Virus record (IMG/VR): IMGVR_UViG_3300005253_003498 | Span: 1-55,037 of that record | Length of the DNA stretch: 55,037 bases | Source of the DNA: a virus | Taxonomy: Duplodnaviria; Caudoviricetes | Reading direction: 5' to 3' (one strand) | Shown: positions 27,567 through 37,175 of the stretch, piece by piece | Layout of the letters: each line of letters starts with the position of its first letter | Numbering within the stretch: the first letter of the stretch is position 1 | Notes under the pieces: model-generated | What the model was told of the DNA's origin: nothing | The model's input: the letters and a program-made list of their open reading frames with translations, nothing else | Databases searched by the model: none | Program-made: the position numbers and the translations under genes

Positions 27567-28125
27567 TGGATTGGTCCTTGAAAATGAAGTTTCTGACCAG
27601 ATAGCCTACCGGATCATAGGCCTCACGATACAGATTGTTGTTCGGGGATGGAAACAGGACTCCTGTACCATCACTACGGTCAAACAGCCTTACGTTTTCT
27701 TTCTTGTCGTCTATAAGCATAACTCCTTTCTTGGCAAGTATGCGCTTGTGTTGGACAGGCACGTACCTATTGTAAGCAAACGACTTACCAAAAACTTTCT
27801 CTACCCAGCGTAACTTGCCAGTCCAGCACTCCTCGAATGGTTGCGGCGTGCTCGCAATGATCCAGTTATCTGTAACCGAGGCTACTAATCCCAACAGGTC
27901 TTGGAGCCAGGGGAACGGCTTTATAGATTCCCACCAGTCAGGTCCAGCCCGCTTAATTGGTTGCCAGAAATTGGTTGTGGACATCCCCATCGGCGTTATT
28001 ATATCCCAGGTGCCAATAGGTCTCACCGCATCCAGCTGCTCCCTGGTCCAGCCGTGGATTTCTAGGACAGCTCCTACAAAGTCACCCAAAACGTCGTCCA
28101 AATCAATTACTGCAAGCGAAATCAT
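27547..28125 (-). CDS. HAD 5'(3')-deoxyribonucleotidase
   Basis: IDLDDVL, ST, GKLRW and LIDD motifs. Confidence 0.85.
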   Translation of the reverse strand: MISLAVIDLDDVLGDFVGAVLEIHGWTREQLDAVRPIGTWDIITPMGMSTTNFWQPIKRAGPDWWESIKPFPWLQDLLGLVASVTDNWIIASTPQPFEECWTGKLRWVEKVFGKSFAYNRYVPVQHKRILAKKGVMLIDDKKENVRLFDRSDGTGVLFPSPNNNLYREAYDPVGYLVRNFIFKDQSNAPVLS

Positions 28126-28223
28126 AAAAAGTTTCTCCTGATGTAAGTGCCTGATATAGAGGGAGTTACGTCAATTATTACAAGACTGGTAGGGATTATT
28201 TTGGCTAAATTTCCATTTTCCGC

Positions 28224-28251
28224 TTGCAATCTGCCAGGAACGTGCCATAAT
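28224..28251 (+). promoter_or_regulatory. Candidate promoter of the inverted gene island
   Basis: TTGCAA-16-CATAAT with an extended -10 TG. Confidence 0.45.
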
Positions 28252-28447
28252 GATCGTATTGAGGTTGAATGGCTGATTGGAGACGACAGTGTTCCCTGCG
28301 GACCACAAGCACACACCCGTATCCGTCGAATACGACTGTCAAGGTGGTAGACGCAGCAGAACATTCGACTATCCTCACAAGGCCAAGCGATTTTACGTTT
28401 CCAAGTCCAGGTTGGGGAAGAACCCCACAATCAAAAGGAGCGACACG

Positions 28448-28816
28448 ATGGCTACTACGAAGAAAACGGCCAAGAAGAAGGCAACCCCCAAGAAGAAGTC
28501 CGTGAAGAAGACCCCCGGGAAGAAAGAGGGTCTCAGCAAGATGCAGGTCAGAATTCTCACCGCCCTCAAAGGGACCAGTATTGGAGGCAAGGAAGTCACC
28601 CGCGAGCAGTTGAGATCAAAGATGCGCATTGACGCTGAAACCAAGATCGGATGGTCCAAGCTGCTCGGCGCTGCTACTCGGGAAGGCGACGGTGTCCAAG
28701 GCGGTGGGCTGTTGGGTATGGGGTTCATTAAGAGCACCAAGAACGAGGGCAGCCGAGTGCTGGTCTACGCCATCACCGCCAGCGGACAGAAAGCTGCAGA
28801 AGCATCTTCAAAGTAA
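28448..28816 (+). CDS. Lys-rich tail plus winged-helix DNA-binding protein (linker-histone-like architecture)
   Basis: SD AAGGAG before ATG 28448; MATTKKTAKKKATPKKKSVKK, then LSKMQVRILTAL...YAITASG; the frame is also open upstream to 28277. Confidence 0.65.
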   Translation: MATTKKTAKKKATPKKKSVKKTPGKKEGLSKMQVRILTALKGTSIGGKEVTREQLRSKMRIDAETKIGWSKLLGAATREGDGVQGGGLLGMGFIKSTKNEGSRVLVYAITASGQKAAEASSK

Positions 28817-28854
28817 GTAAGTAGCAACACACGGCACACCCCCCCTCATTTGCT

Positions 28855-28884
28855 AACTCCCAGCTTGTCGCCGGGAGTTTTTTG
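28855..28884 (+). terminator. Intrinsic terminator
   Basis: aactccc...gggagtt stem followed by a T run. Confidence 0.65.
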
Positions 28885-28970
28885 TGCGCCATACGGACAC
28901 CGTAGCAGACCTGTAGGCTCCAGGGGTAGCCTTGGCTGCCCTAGGCTGCAAACGGCCGCTACAGGACGCT

Positions 28971-29765
28971 CTAGGGGCCTACAATCGCCTGTTGCGGGCA
29001 AGGCCCAGGCTGCTGCTGGCACCTACAACCAAATCCGGTACAAAACGGCCTGTGCTTTGGTATCACTTTCCTTCTGCCACAATCGCACCTAACCAACCAG
29101 TCACCGCTTGCAGTCATACTTTCAATCTTGAGGTTGCCAATCTGCTGATTCACATACAGGGACGGGTTATTCTTCATGTGTACCAGACACGGTCTGTAGT
29201 GGCAAGATACACACTCCTTGAACATCGACCTGTCCCCGTAAACTATCGGGAATTGTTTAGCAAGTCGCCGCATTCGTCTAGCGCCAGCCTTTTCAATTGG
29301 GATCCCAGCGTATCTCAGGACATAGGTATACTCCTGTAGCGCCCAATCTACTCCCCAGTTAAGCACAATACCGAATTGAGCAATAGTGGCTGTCATGTCA
29401 ATCGCCCAGCTATCCAGGTGCTCCTTTGGACCCAAAACTCTGTAATCTGAGTGTAGAACCAAGAACTTGTCTACTACCTTCTGGAGTATCTTCCGCGCCG
29501 TAGCTTGCCAGTAAAGAATATTCCGCGCTTGGTAGATAGACCAGTCAGGATGAACTTTCAATTTATCTCGAACGTGGGTGCCAATTGGGTACTTGATCCA
29601 TATCAAATAGAAATCGTCCAGACAGATGCTTAGCGATTGCATAGTCGGTGGACATGACGGCCTGGTACAGAAGTTGTGACACCCCTTGGGATGACCATGG
29701 TATTGAGTACCACAAAGACCGATGAGTTTTTTGTTTGAGACAGGAACACATTTACCCCACGGCAT
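28971..29765 (-). CDS. DUF2284-like Cys-rich metal-binding protein with a C-terminal Cys-rich domain
   Basis: LC...GCHNF...SCPP and AIDMTAT; C-terminal CVSC, WLVRCDCG and CGCxC-like motifs. Confidence 0.5.
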   Translation of the reverse strand: MPWGKCVPVSNKKLIGLCGTQYHGHPKGCHNFCTRPSCPPTMQSLSICLDDFYLIWIKYPIGTHVRDKLKVHPDWSIYQARNILYWQATARKILQKVVDKFLVLHSDYRVLGPKEHLDSWAIDMTATIAQFGIVLNWGVDWALQEYTYVLRYAGIPIEKAGARRMRRLAKQFPIVYGDRSMFKECVSCHYRPCLVHMKNNPSLYVNQQIGNLKIESMTASGDWLVRCDCGRRKVIPKHRPFCTGFGCRCQQQPGPCPQQAIVGP

Positions 29766-30309
29766 TTTTTAGCACTCCTACAATTCTAGGTAACGGGTTG
29801 CGCCGATCCAAAACAACAACATCATGACCTGCGGCGGTACACTTCTTCCTGACATTGCGCCAGATCTGCCGCCAATCGTGAGTGAGGTGAGTCGGGTTGA
29901 AAGGCTTCACGTTCCCCTTTCTGAACCTACGGGACTGGACTCTCGCAATACATTTTTTCAAAGAGGTATTCAAAAAGAAAAAGACATACCCGTATTCTGA
30001 CAACTCATTTGCAAGATCGCTATACCGTTTGAACGTGTGTGAGACTAAGATGCCTTCCAACAGTACGTGCCGGTATTGCTTAGCGAACAATCGTACTCTG
30101 TGAACTACCTCATCCGCCGTCTTTATACTATCGCAACCCCCGCAATCAGTCTTGTACTTCCCAAGCAAAGCCGCATCAAACTCAATTAAGTGGTATCCAA
30201 TATGACCAGTATCGTCTACAATATCAACATGGTCATATTCTTTCAAGAGCCAGTGCATTATCCAGCTCTTACCGCTTCCGTGCGTACCTCGAATATCTAA
30301 TACGGTCAT
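29752..30309 (-). CDS. P-loop kinase, candidate 5-hmdU DNA kinase
   Basis: IRGTHGSGKS, GGCD, VLLEG, CIARVQSRR; clustered with aGPT-PPlase1 and the TS-like gene. Confidence 0.7.
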   Translation of the reverse strand: MTVLDIRGTHGSGKSWIMHWLLKEYDHVDIVDDTGHIGYHLIEFDAALLGKYKTDCGGCDSIKTADEVVHRVRLFAKQYRHVLLEGILVSHTFKRYSDLANELSEYGYVFFFLNTSLKKCIARVQSRRFRKGNVKPFNPTHLTHDWRQIWRNVRKKCTAAGHDVVVLDRRNPLPRIVGVLKNAVG

Positions 30310-30333
30310 TTCCGTCGCCTTTCTATCTTAAAA

Positions 30334-30540
30334 CTACACCTCTTCTAATGTCCCGGTAAACAGATGGGATCCGTTCTTCTCTTCAGTAAGAACACCGAGA
30401 GACCCGCCACAAGTGCAAACATATAAGAGCAGCTTTGTCACGGACTCTGACGAAACAAATTCGGCAGACTGTGCGCCAATAATCTCGTCAAGACACCAGT
30501 CCCACTCCCACTCCTTAGCACACCATGGACACTTAATCAT
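30334..30540 (-). CDS. Small Zn-ribbon protein
   Basis: CPWC...CTCG. Confidence 0.5.
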   Translation of the reverse strand: MIKCPWCAKEWEWDWCLDEIIGAQSAEFVSSESVTKLLLYVCTCGGSLGVLTEEKNGSHLFTGTLEEV

Positions 30541-31465
30541 GTTCTACACTCCCAGGGTACTTGCGTTTCATTCTACCACTATCCTGCCATAGCGCGCGCT
30601 CGTACTTGTCCCATTCACAAAGTGAGTGTTCTACCTCACGCATCTCAAATACAGGCATCCCTTTGCCCTCAAAGCGAAACCGCTGTACTACCGCGAGCAG
30701 GTCTTGCATTACCTCAAGATAATTGCTGCTGACCTTGACACGGGTGGTTCTTCCTTTTTTGTTAAGACCTGGAGTCTCTCCCTGTAGTCTCAACAGCCCT
30801 CTACTAGCCCCTGGCCCGGGATTGCACCATGTATTCACATCTGATGCATCCTCTAGTAAGTAAGTATAACGCAAATCACAAACGATCTCGTAGGACATGA
30901 ATCCGCCAAGAAAGGAGAACTGTTTCAACTCTTGCCAGAGCGCTTTCAGTCGACAGTCGTCAAGACAGACCTGAACCAACCGCCCCCTCTGATTCCATAG
31001 GTTGTCAATAGCGTCGCAGACGTTCGGTATTTTACACCCTTTGGGACCATTGCCGGCTTTGATCATGTAAGCACCAGTAAATACTGGTGGCGGTAACCTT
31101 CTAAGCATTCGAATAGCAAATTTCTTGCGCCAGTTCTTCAGCAAGTTGTGTTCAACCAAAGCCTGACCTGTTGAGATACGATTGAACCACCGGAAGATCA
31201 CTGTCGCCATAAGTACTGTATGATGATCTCGTAACGGGTCTCGGATGTTCTCTCGGAACCAGACCGTTGTTTTGTCGTGCTCACGGTATGGATTTGTAAA
31301 GAAGTACGACTGAAGCACCTCATCATCCGTCCAAGGCTTAGGCTTCCCTGCCTTACGCTTCAGGTAGATGCTATGGCGCTCTTTGATCCAGTACAGAAAC
31401 CGTGCTTGCGGTGTCAGACTTGCTACTTTCCAGGTTTTCATTAGATTTTTCGAGCGCGGCTCCAA
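30533..31465 (-). CDS. aGPT-PPlase1-family DNA hypermodification protein (HhH glycosylase-like fold)
   Basis: ERHSIY, PWTDDEVL..YFFTNPYREHD, FRWFN, FTGAY, GGFMSYEIVCDL, GPGA.RGL, EHSLCEWDKY. Confidence 0.85.
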   Translation of the reverse strand: MEPRSKNLMKTWKVASLTPQARFLYWIKERHSIYLKRKAGKPKPWTDDEVLQSYFFTNPYREHDKTTVWFRENIRDPLRDHHTVLMATVIFRWFNRISTGQALVEHNLLKNWRKKFAIRMLRRLPPPVFTGAYMIKAGNGPKGCKIPNVCDAIDNLWNQRGRLVQVCLDDCRLKALWQELKQFSFLGGFMSYEIVCDLRYTYLLEDASDVNTWCNPGPGASRGLLRLQGETPGLNKKGRTTRVKVSSNYLEVMQDLLAVVQRFRFEGKGMPVFEMREVEHSLCEWDKYERALWQDSGRMKRKYPGSVEHD

Positions 31466-32067
31466 TCCTTCTGTATTTTCAAAATAAACTCCTCTGGATC
31501 CATCTCAAACTTTTCCCTGTTGCATCTAGGGCACGCGATACGTATATTATCTCGGCTGCCTCTACCACCGCGTTTCACAGGAATGTAGTGATCAGCCACA
31601 TAACCAGTGATCTTCAAGTCACACCCACGGTATTCGCATCTACCACCAGCAATTTCCAACCTCTCGTCAATCATGTCTTGCGTAAAGTCTTCACGGACAG
31701 GTCCCCCTATTACCTTCAAGTATGCACTCAAGACATAGTTGCGAAAGGGACCATATTCATTATTTCGTTTTAACTTATCACCTCGTTGCAACAGGGCATT
31801 TAACGAAAATTCACGGCCGTCTTGAGTTTCTCTTATATGATTGCGGACGTCTTCTAGTGTATATAAACGTCCTAGCACAATCTTCGAGATGGGTGCCAAC
31901 AGCTCCTCTACAGCAGAAGGAATTCCAGACTTCTTGATACCGTTCCCATCCCAGTGTTCGCTTACAACAGCACACAACTCGCGAGTTGTGCTCGTCACTG
32001 CGTCCTTCTTCCAGCCTACATACCTACACTTCTTTCTTTTTTTCTTCAGCTTAGGTATTTTAGGCAT
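31441..32067 (-). CDS. HNH endonuclease
   Basis: CEYRGC...DHYIPVKRGG...NIRIACPRCNREK; start at MPKIPK (SD GGAG). Confidence 0.8.
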   Translation of the reverse strand: MPKIPKLKKKRKKCRYVGWKKDAVTSTTRELCAVVSEHWDGNGIKKSGIPSAVEELLAPISKIVLGRLYTLEDVRNHIRETQDGREFSLNALLQRGDKLKRNNEYGPFRNYVLSAYLKVIGGPVREDFTQDMIDERLEIAGGRCEYRGCDLKITGYVADHYIPVKRGGRGSRDNIRIACPRCNREKFEMDPEEFILKIQKDWSRARKI

Positions 32068-32281
32068 TAGTCTCTCCAAGGAGTGAGCTGTGATTCCCGC
32101 AGCCCATATCATCCAGCTTGACCGGCGGGTAGCCTGAGACTTTCTGGGCTTTCACTTGTCCAAGCGGACCTTGCATCGGCACTAGGAAGACCTTCGGGGG
32201 ATTTACATGACACTCCCCAGAGGTCACGTCACCAGCAGACTGATCGCAGTGGATGCAGGTCCTACATATCTCGTTGTTCAT
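32060..32281 (-). CDS. Small Cys-rich protein
   Basis: CRTCIHC..GECHVNPP...GCGNH; ATGA overlap. Confidence 0.55.
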   Translation of the reverse strand: MNNEICRTCIHCDQSAGDVTSGECHVNPPKVFLVPMQGPLGQVKAQKVSGYPPVKLDDMGCGNHSSLLGETNA

Positions 32282-33012
32282 GTTCTCGTTTCTGTTGGAA
32301 TCTGGTTGCGTCGCCAAGTGCAGACAAGAAGGCTGCTGGCGCCTATAATCAGTAGAACGAGGCTAGATGGTTCGGGAGCGACGTCGGCGTAGAAGTTGTC
32401 AAGCGCAACCTCCCATCTCGGGTTGGTATTTGAGTTGCTCGTAAACAGATACGGGTAAAGTAGCGTTTCACCAAAGTCGTGCTGTCCTTCAAACAGCATC
32501 TTCCAGGCCCCACCGTCAAGGTAACTAGCTTGGAAATTATCGCCGTCGCGTTCAATCATCAAAGACCCGGACGTGGGCACAGAATAGATAATCTGGTATC
32601 CCGCACTGGTGCCACCACCGTCAACAGCGTGTAGTCCGGTGCTTCTGTATCGAACGCCTTTGATATAGATACCATGTTGGTTGTTCGGATCGAAACCGGT
32701 CAAGGATGCGTCGGCAAGGATCAAGCCCACACGAGCCTTGTGACCGCTATAGGCAGTCCAGTTATAGTCGATGCAAACCGACCCCACGTCGTCAAAGGGT
32801 TGGTTATACCGCATAACCAGCTCGCCTACCTGACCGGATGATCCACCAACATTGAGGGTACCGCCAGACTCGTCCCACGATGTACCTCCGCTCTGTGTAA
32901 CCACTTGCCAGGCAGGACTTAGAATGCCGTCGTCAAAGTCATCCCTCAACGTCTCCGCCGACAACAAACTACCACTAACAAGCACCATCAAAACTACTGC
33001 ACACCTAAACAT
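32278..33012 (-). CDS. Secreted PEP-CTERM protein
   Basis: Signal peptide, beta-rich body and C-terminal APEPSSLVLLIIGASSLLVCTWRR; SD GGAGGT. Confidence 0.85.
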   Translation of the reverse strand: MFRCAVVLMVLVSGSLLSAETLRDDFDDGILSPAWQVVTQSGGTSWDESGGTLNVGGSSGQVGELVMRYNQPFDDVGSVCIDYNWTAYSGHKARVGLILADASLTGFDPNNQHGIYIKGVRYRSTGLHAVDGGGTSAGYQIIYSVPTSGSLMIERDGDNFQASYLDGGAWKMLFEGQHDFGETLLYPYLFTSNSNTNPRWEVALDNFYADVAPEPSSLVLLIIGASSLLVCTWRRNQIPTETRT

Positions 33013-33037
33013 AACGCACCTCCTTCGTAAAAGAAAC

Positions 33038-35264
33038 TTAGACACTTACCCCTTCACTCCAGTTCTTAGGATGGTATTCAATCGAGACGGGGGTTGGTAT
33101 CCCGATGTCGTCTCCACCCTGCTCCATCAGTTTTTGTATCTTCCTGATCTTTGGTAAACTGCCTGGCACTCTAGGTTTTGCATACCTAGACATAACACAC
33201 CTCCCTTGTTCCGCTGGGAAGTCAAACACAAGTTCGTCGTGGATCTGCATCACCATATGGTAACCTCGCGACTTTGGCTTCGCATTCAATTCGTTGAGGT
33301 ATACCTGGCAACGAATCATCGCCTTCATCATCCACCAGCAGGCCGTCCCCTGCGACCAATAATTAAGCGGAACCGTAGGTAGAATTCTACCATAATTCGT
33401 GCGCGTACAAAGAAGTGGGTAACCGCGCTTAGGGTCTACCGTCTTGTCAGGCATTGTCTCAACATAGCCGTGCTTCTCAGCATACTCAATCAGCTTTTCA
33501 TTCAGTAGCTTGGACTTGCGGAATCTACCTGCTATTCTGCGCTGCGCGCCGGGTACGTGATAGGCTTTGTCTGCTGTTCTCAACATAGCCGTGCTTCTCA
33601 GCATACTCAATCAGCTTTTCATTCAGTAGCTTGGACTTGCGGAATCTACCTGCTATTCTGCGCTGCGCGCCGGGTACGTGATAGGCTTTGTCTGCTGTGC
33701 CACTCTGCTCTACTGCGCCATACTGCACGGCGAAGTTACCGTTCTTTGCCCACTGATACCATGTATCAGCGTACTCCTTCTTAGCCTTCAACAATCCCTT
33801 AGGATCGTTATGGTCCCATTTGTCAGGGTGCAGGATGGAAAACACCAGCAAGTGATTGCTGCCGAAGAATGGGGGCTCATCAGGCTTCTCGAATAGCTCG
33901 ATCTGCTCCGTCTCTCCTGACTTGTAAGCCGGCAATCGCAGCTCTATGTTCTGTGCATCAAGGCTCCACCATTCCCGTCCAGGTGCAGGACCAAAGCAGT
34001 ACCGCAGATTGGATCCTTTCTGCTTCGAGATGTTCTGTTCGTTCGGATTCTGACTGCTCCACCGTAGCGTATCAGTACCAGTCGGGTTCAAGGACGGATG
34101 AAGACGGAACCAATCAGCTTCCTTAGTATAATTTGTTCCCCCGGAAGCAGATGGGGAGGTTACGATTAAAGGCAACCAAAATCTTCTATATCCTTCCATA
34201 TAAGCAAGTGCGGTGTCTCGCTTGCGCTTTGTCAGCAACGAGTCGATAAAGAGCTTGGCTTTGCTGCGTCTTGGCAAACTGACTTGATAATCCTCCATGA
34301 CTTTCTTGTCTAAAGAAGGCTTACCTGTCTTCTGGCTCTTTCTTAACACACTCAGCTTCAACACGTCAAAGATGAATGTCGTAAGTGACTTGTTATTACT
34401 AGACTTCGGGAGCTGTAAGTCGTAATCGTAACTCTTGGCAAGATTAGTGCAAACCCTTCCAGCCTCTCCAGACTCTCTTGTGTACTTATGCTGTAGTTCA
34501 GTTAGTCGACTACCGCTGATGGTTACTCCATGGCTTTCCATCTGGCTCACGATAGGGAGGATTTTCAATCTCTCCTGGTAAATTTTCCATAGATTACGCC
34601 TTCGTAGGACTTTTTGTTGCTCCTTGAAAAGCAAGATCGTCACTTCACTATCACTGTTGCCATACTCCGCACACACTTCCCACCACGGATGTTGCTGATT
34701 TCCCGTCCATATATAACTTTCTTCTTTTGCAATTGCTCGTGGAAGCCACATATCGTTCTTCCAAACGGTCCCTCTTGCGCTCGGCATCTGAGGCAGTCCA
34801 ACTCTTGCGATTTGCCAGTTAGGGTATTTACTCTTAGCAATGCGGCGCGCTTCGTTTGTTGCCTCTTTAATTGCATCCTCGAACGGCTTGACGTTGATTC
34901 CAAGGTACATCAAGGCCATTGTAGTAAGATCATGAGGGCGGTTGCTGGCTAGAAGATGACCTGCCAGTAGAGTATCATAGACTTTACCCCAATCCCAATT
35001 TAGCTCCATACTATGAAACGCAAACACGGTTCGCAGGGCGGCTACGTCGAACTTGGGATTTTGTAGAACGATCTTGTCAGCCCAATCAATCTTAGCCTGG
35101 ATTTCTTTCAAGTCGTTCCTAGGCACTCGCGGTTGTCTTGTTACCGGGTTTACGTTCCATGTCCAGTAGGTCTGGAGGCCATCATCATCAGTTAATTGGA
35201 CCATAAACGGTTTGGCGCCATGACAGAAGTCAAGTCCAGTAGTTTCAACGTCTAAGCCAATCAT
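33038..35264 (-). CDS. polA: Family A DNA polymerase (3'-5' exonuclease plus polymerase), frameshifted by a 121-bp duplication
   Basis: LDVETTG, NPKFD, PNEQN, LDAQNIELR, AKNGNFAVQYG, QGTA, QIHDEL; removing one copy of the duplication gives a single 2106-nt frame. Confidence 0.9.
33457..33698. repeat. Exact 121-bp tandem duplication
   Basis: 33457-33577 is identical to 33578-33698. Confidence 0.95.
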
Positions 35265-35281
35265 ACCCTCAACTCCTAGTG

Positions 35282-35527
35282 CTAAAGCTTATTACAGTTC
35301 TCTTCAGCTACCAAGACCCTTTCGTCGTCAACGTCTAATGCAACATGATATACCCATCCATCGCACTTCGGACTATATCTACCCAGATTGTTGCCATCCT
35401 CGTAACCGATTATCGTGCCAACATATATACCGGAAGTCCTTCCTCGGTTACTCTTAATCTTTATCTGGACCCTCTCACTCAGATTGAACTTTCTAGGTGC
35501 CATGCGGTTAGTAGTATCATGGCTCAT
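35282..35527 (-). CDS. Small SH3-like hypothetical protein
   Basis: KFNLSERV...GTIIG...WVYHVAL. Confidence 0.55.
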   Translation of the reverse strand: MSHDTTNRMAPRKFNLSERVQIKIKSNRGRTSGIYVGTIIGYEDGNNLGRYSPKCDGWVYHVALDVDDERVLVAEENCNKL

Positions 35528-35858
35528 TGGTCACCTCCATTTTGTAAGTGATGGCCTGCTCGCCGATAAAATAGGGCAATGCCTCCAAACAGAATGTCTC
35601 AATATCTCCCTTCGGAAAATTGGAAAGTGGGTCCATCCACCTAGCTCCAAAACATTCAGCAAGTCCCGTCACCGTGGTAGGCTGCTCTGATTTGATCCTT
35701 GATGCTATTTGCAACACTTCTTTAAAGAAGCCTTGGCTGACAATGTGCCCGCGCCTCCACAGCAAGTACAGCGTTTGGGCAACCTCGCCTCGAAAGGTCG
35801 CTACTACATCCGGGTCGGCGCTTTTGCTAGGATCGAAATGTAGTTTCATGGTTATCAC
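35517..35858 (-). CDS. Hypothetical protein
   Basis: SD GGAGGTGA; part of the cassette array. Confidence 0.55.
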   Translation of the reverse strand: MITMKLHFDPSKSADPDVVATFRGEVAQTLYLLWRRGHIVSQGFFKEVLQIASRIKSEQPTTVTGLAECFGARWMDPLSNFPKGDIETFCLEALPYFIGEQAITYKMEVTNEP

Positions 35859-35862
35859 TTAC

Positions 35863-36072
35863 TCACCTCCCGCCGCGCGTGCGGTTTTCTGTTGGTTTAC
35901 CGATCAGTGTCAAATCAGTCTTTCCCATACGCTCCATCCAACGACTCAAATTGATCAATGGCTGCCCCCGAAAACGACGAACGATAGGTGCGGCGTCGAT
36001 TATGCGATGATCCTTACCAATCGTTACCTTGACGGTCATTCGGTTATTAGAGAGTCTCCAGACCGTACTCAT
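35863..36072 (-). CDS. Hypothetical protein, paralog of 146..340
   Basis: Shared motifs; SD GGAGGTGA. Confidence 0.7.
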   Translation of the reverse strand: MSTVWRLSNNRMTVKVTIGKDHRIIDAAPIVRRFRGQPLINLSRWMERMGKTDLTLIGKPTENRTRGGR

Positions 36073-36408
36073 TCACTCACCTCCCTTCGCCGCTTGCGCG
36101 GCTTTGCGAGTCACTTTCTGTCCTGCTTCGATTAAACCTGGTGGTGCGGTGACTATCTTCACATCACCCGCCGCTTCAGCGGCTTTGGGATATTGGCCCT
36201 CGACGTCATCGCACTCGTGTCCCGCCTGGAGATTGATCCGGGCCGTGCATTCGATTTGCCATTTCGCTTGCCATTCATTACGCTCTTTCCGCAGCCGCTC
36301 GACCTCGGCACGCATCTGGCCAGCGTCCCTCAAGCACTCATTGATGGTAGCCGCGGCATTCACTGAATTCTTCAACACATCCTTTGCAGTCCAGTCCTGA
36401 CTCATCAC
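36073..36408 (-). CDS. Coiled-coil hypothetical protein
   Basis: RAEVERLR module; ends AAQAAKGGE. Confidence 0.6.
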   Translation of the reverse strand: MMSQDWTAKDVLKNSVNAAATINECLRDAGQMRAEVERLRKERNEWQAKWQIECTARINLQAGHECDDVEGQYPKAAEAAGDVKIVTAPPGLIEAGQKVTRKAAQAAKGGE

Positions 36409-36732
36409 TCACCTCGCTCCAGGGAATTTTTTAAGTAACTTGCTCAATAATTCAACCATTTGAGGGATATAGAGCTGCTTACAGCAAACTAGACCCACGC
36501 GTTTGATCTCTTCCGTTAGCCGTGCGACTTTATTATGTCGCTGTACGATACCTTTCAACACCTTCCGCGATCGCACGACGTATTGATCTCTGTCTGCCAC
36601 AGAAGGTAAACACAAGCCCTCAGGCACGTGGACACAATGATGTACCAACGCGACTACTCTCGAGCCCTCTATCACGAAGCCTCGATACGTGTTACCCACC
36701 AAGACCTCTTCATATTGCCACTCTGTCATCAC
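36409..36732 (-). CDS. Hypothetical protein
   Basis: Array junction motif at both ends. Confidence 0.55.
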   Translation of the reverse strand: MMTEWQYEEVLVGNTYRGFVIEGSRVVALVHHCVHVPEGLCLPSVADRDQYVVRSRKVLKGIVQRHNKVARLTEEIKRVGLVCCKQLYIPQMVELLSKLLKKFPGAR

Positions 36733-36920
36733 TCACCTTCCATTCGTCTGATAACCCACGCCAGAATGTGGCATTGCCCCTCCGGGAAAGCTCCGGTGTT
36801 ACCCACCTCTATCTCATGGGTATGCCTTTTACAGCATTCCTTCCACTCGCGTTTGAACGCCTCCAACAGCTCCCGCCGCTGCTTCCGTAGGCGATTGGCG
36901 GCTTTCTTGTGCTTTCCCAT
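36729..36920 (-). CDS. Hypothetical protein
   Basis: Array junction motif. Confidence 0.55.
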   Translation of the reverse strand: MGKHKKAANRLRKQRRELLEAFKREWKECCKRHTHEIEVGNTGAFPEGQCHILAWVIRRMEGE

Positions 36921-37175
36921 CTACTCACCTCCCTCCGCTTGCGCGGCTTTCATTATAGTTGTTGACTGCTTAACAGTTCCTTCAACTCCAAATGGCGTTG
37001 CAATAGTTATGATGTTCGGCCGCTGCGGTACTTCTGCTACCATTACTAATTTCAACGATTCACCGTCCGTGAAATGAAATATAATTATCGCTCCGCCCGC
37101 CGGGGCTTCCAAGCAGTCTATTGTTTTTCCACGAACAAACTCTTGGATGTGCCCACAACTAGGAAATCCCATCAC
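36921..37175 (-). CDS. Hypothetical protein
   Basis: Ends KAAQAEGGE; array junction motif. Confidence 0.55.
   Translation of the reverse strand: MMGFPSCGHIQEFVRGKTIDCLEAPAGGAIIIFHFTDGESLKLVMVAEVPQRPNIITIATPFGVEGTVKQSTTIMKAAQAEGGE

Noticed and set aside
33038-33610. Naturally split polymerase, intron or programmed frameshift
   Set aside because: Fully explained by the exact 121-bp duplication.
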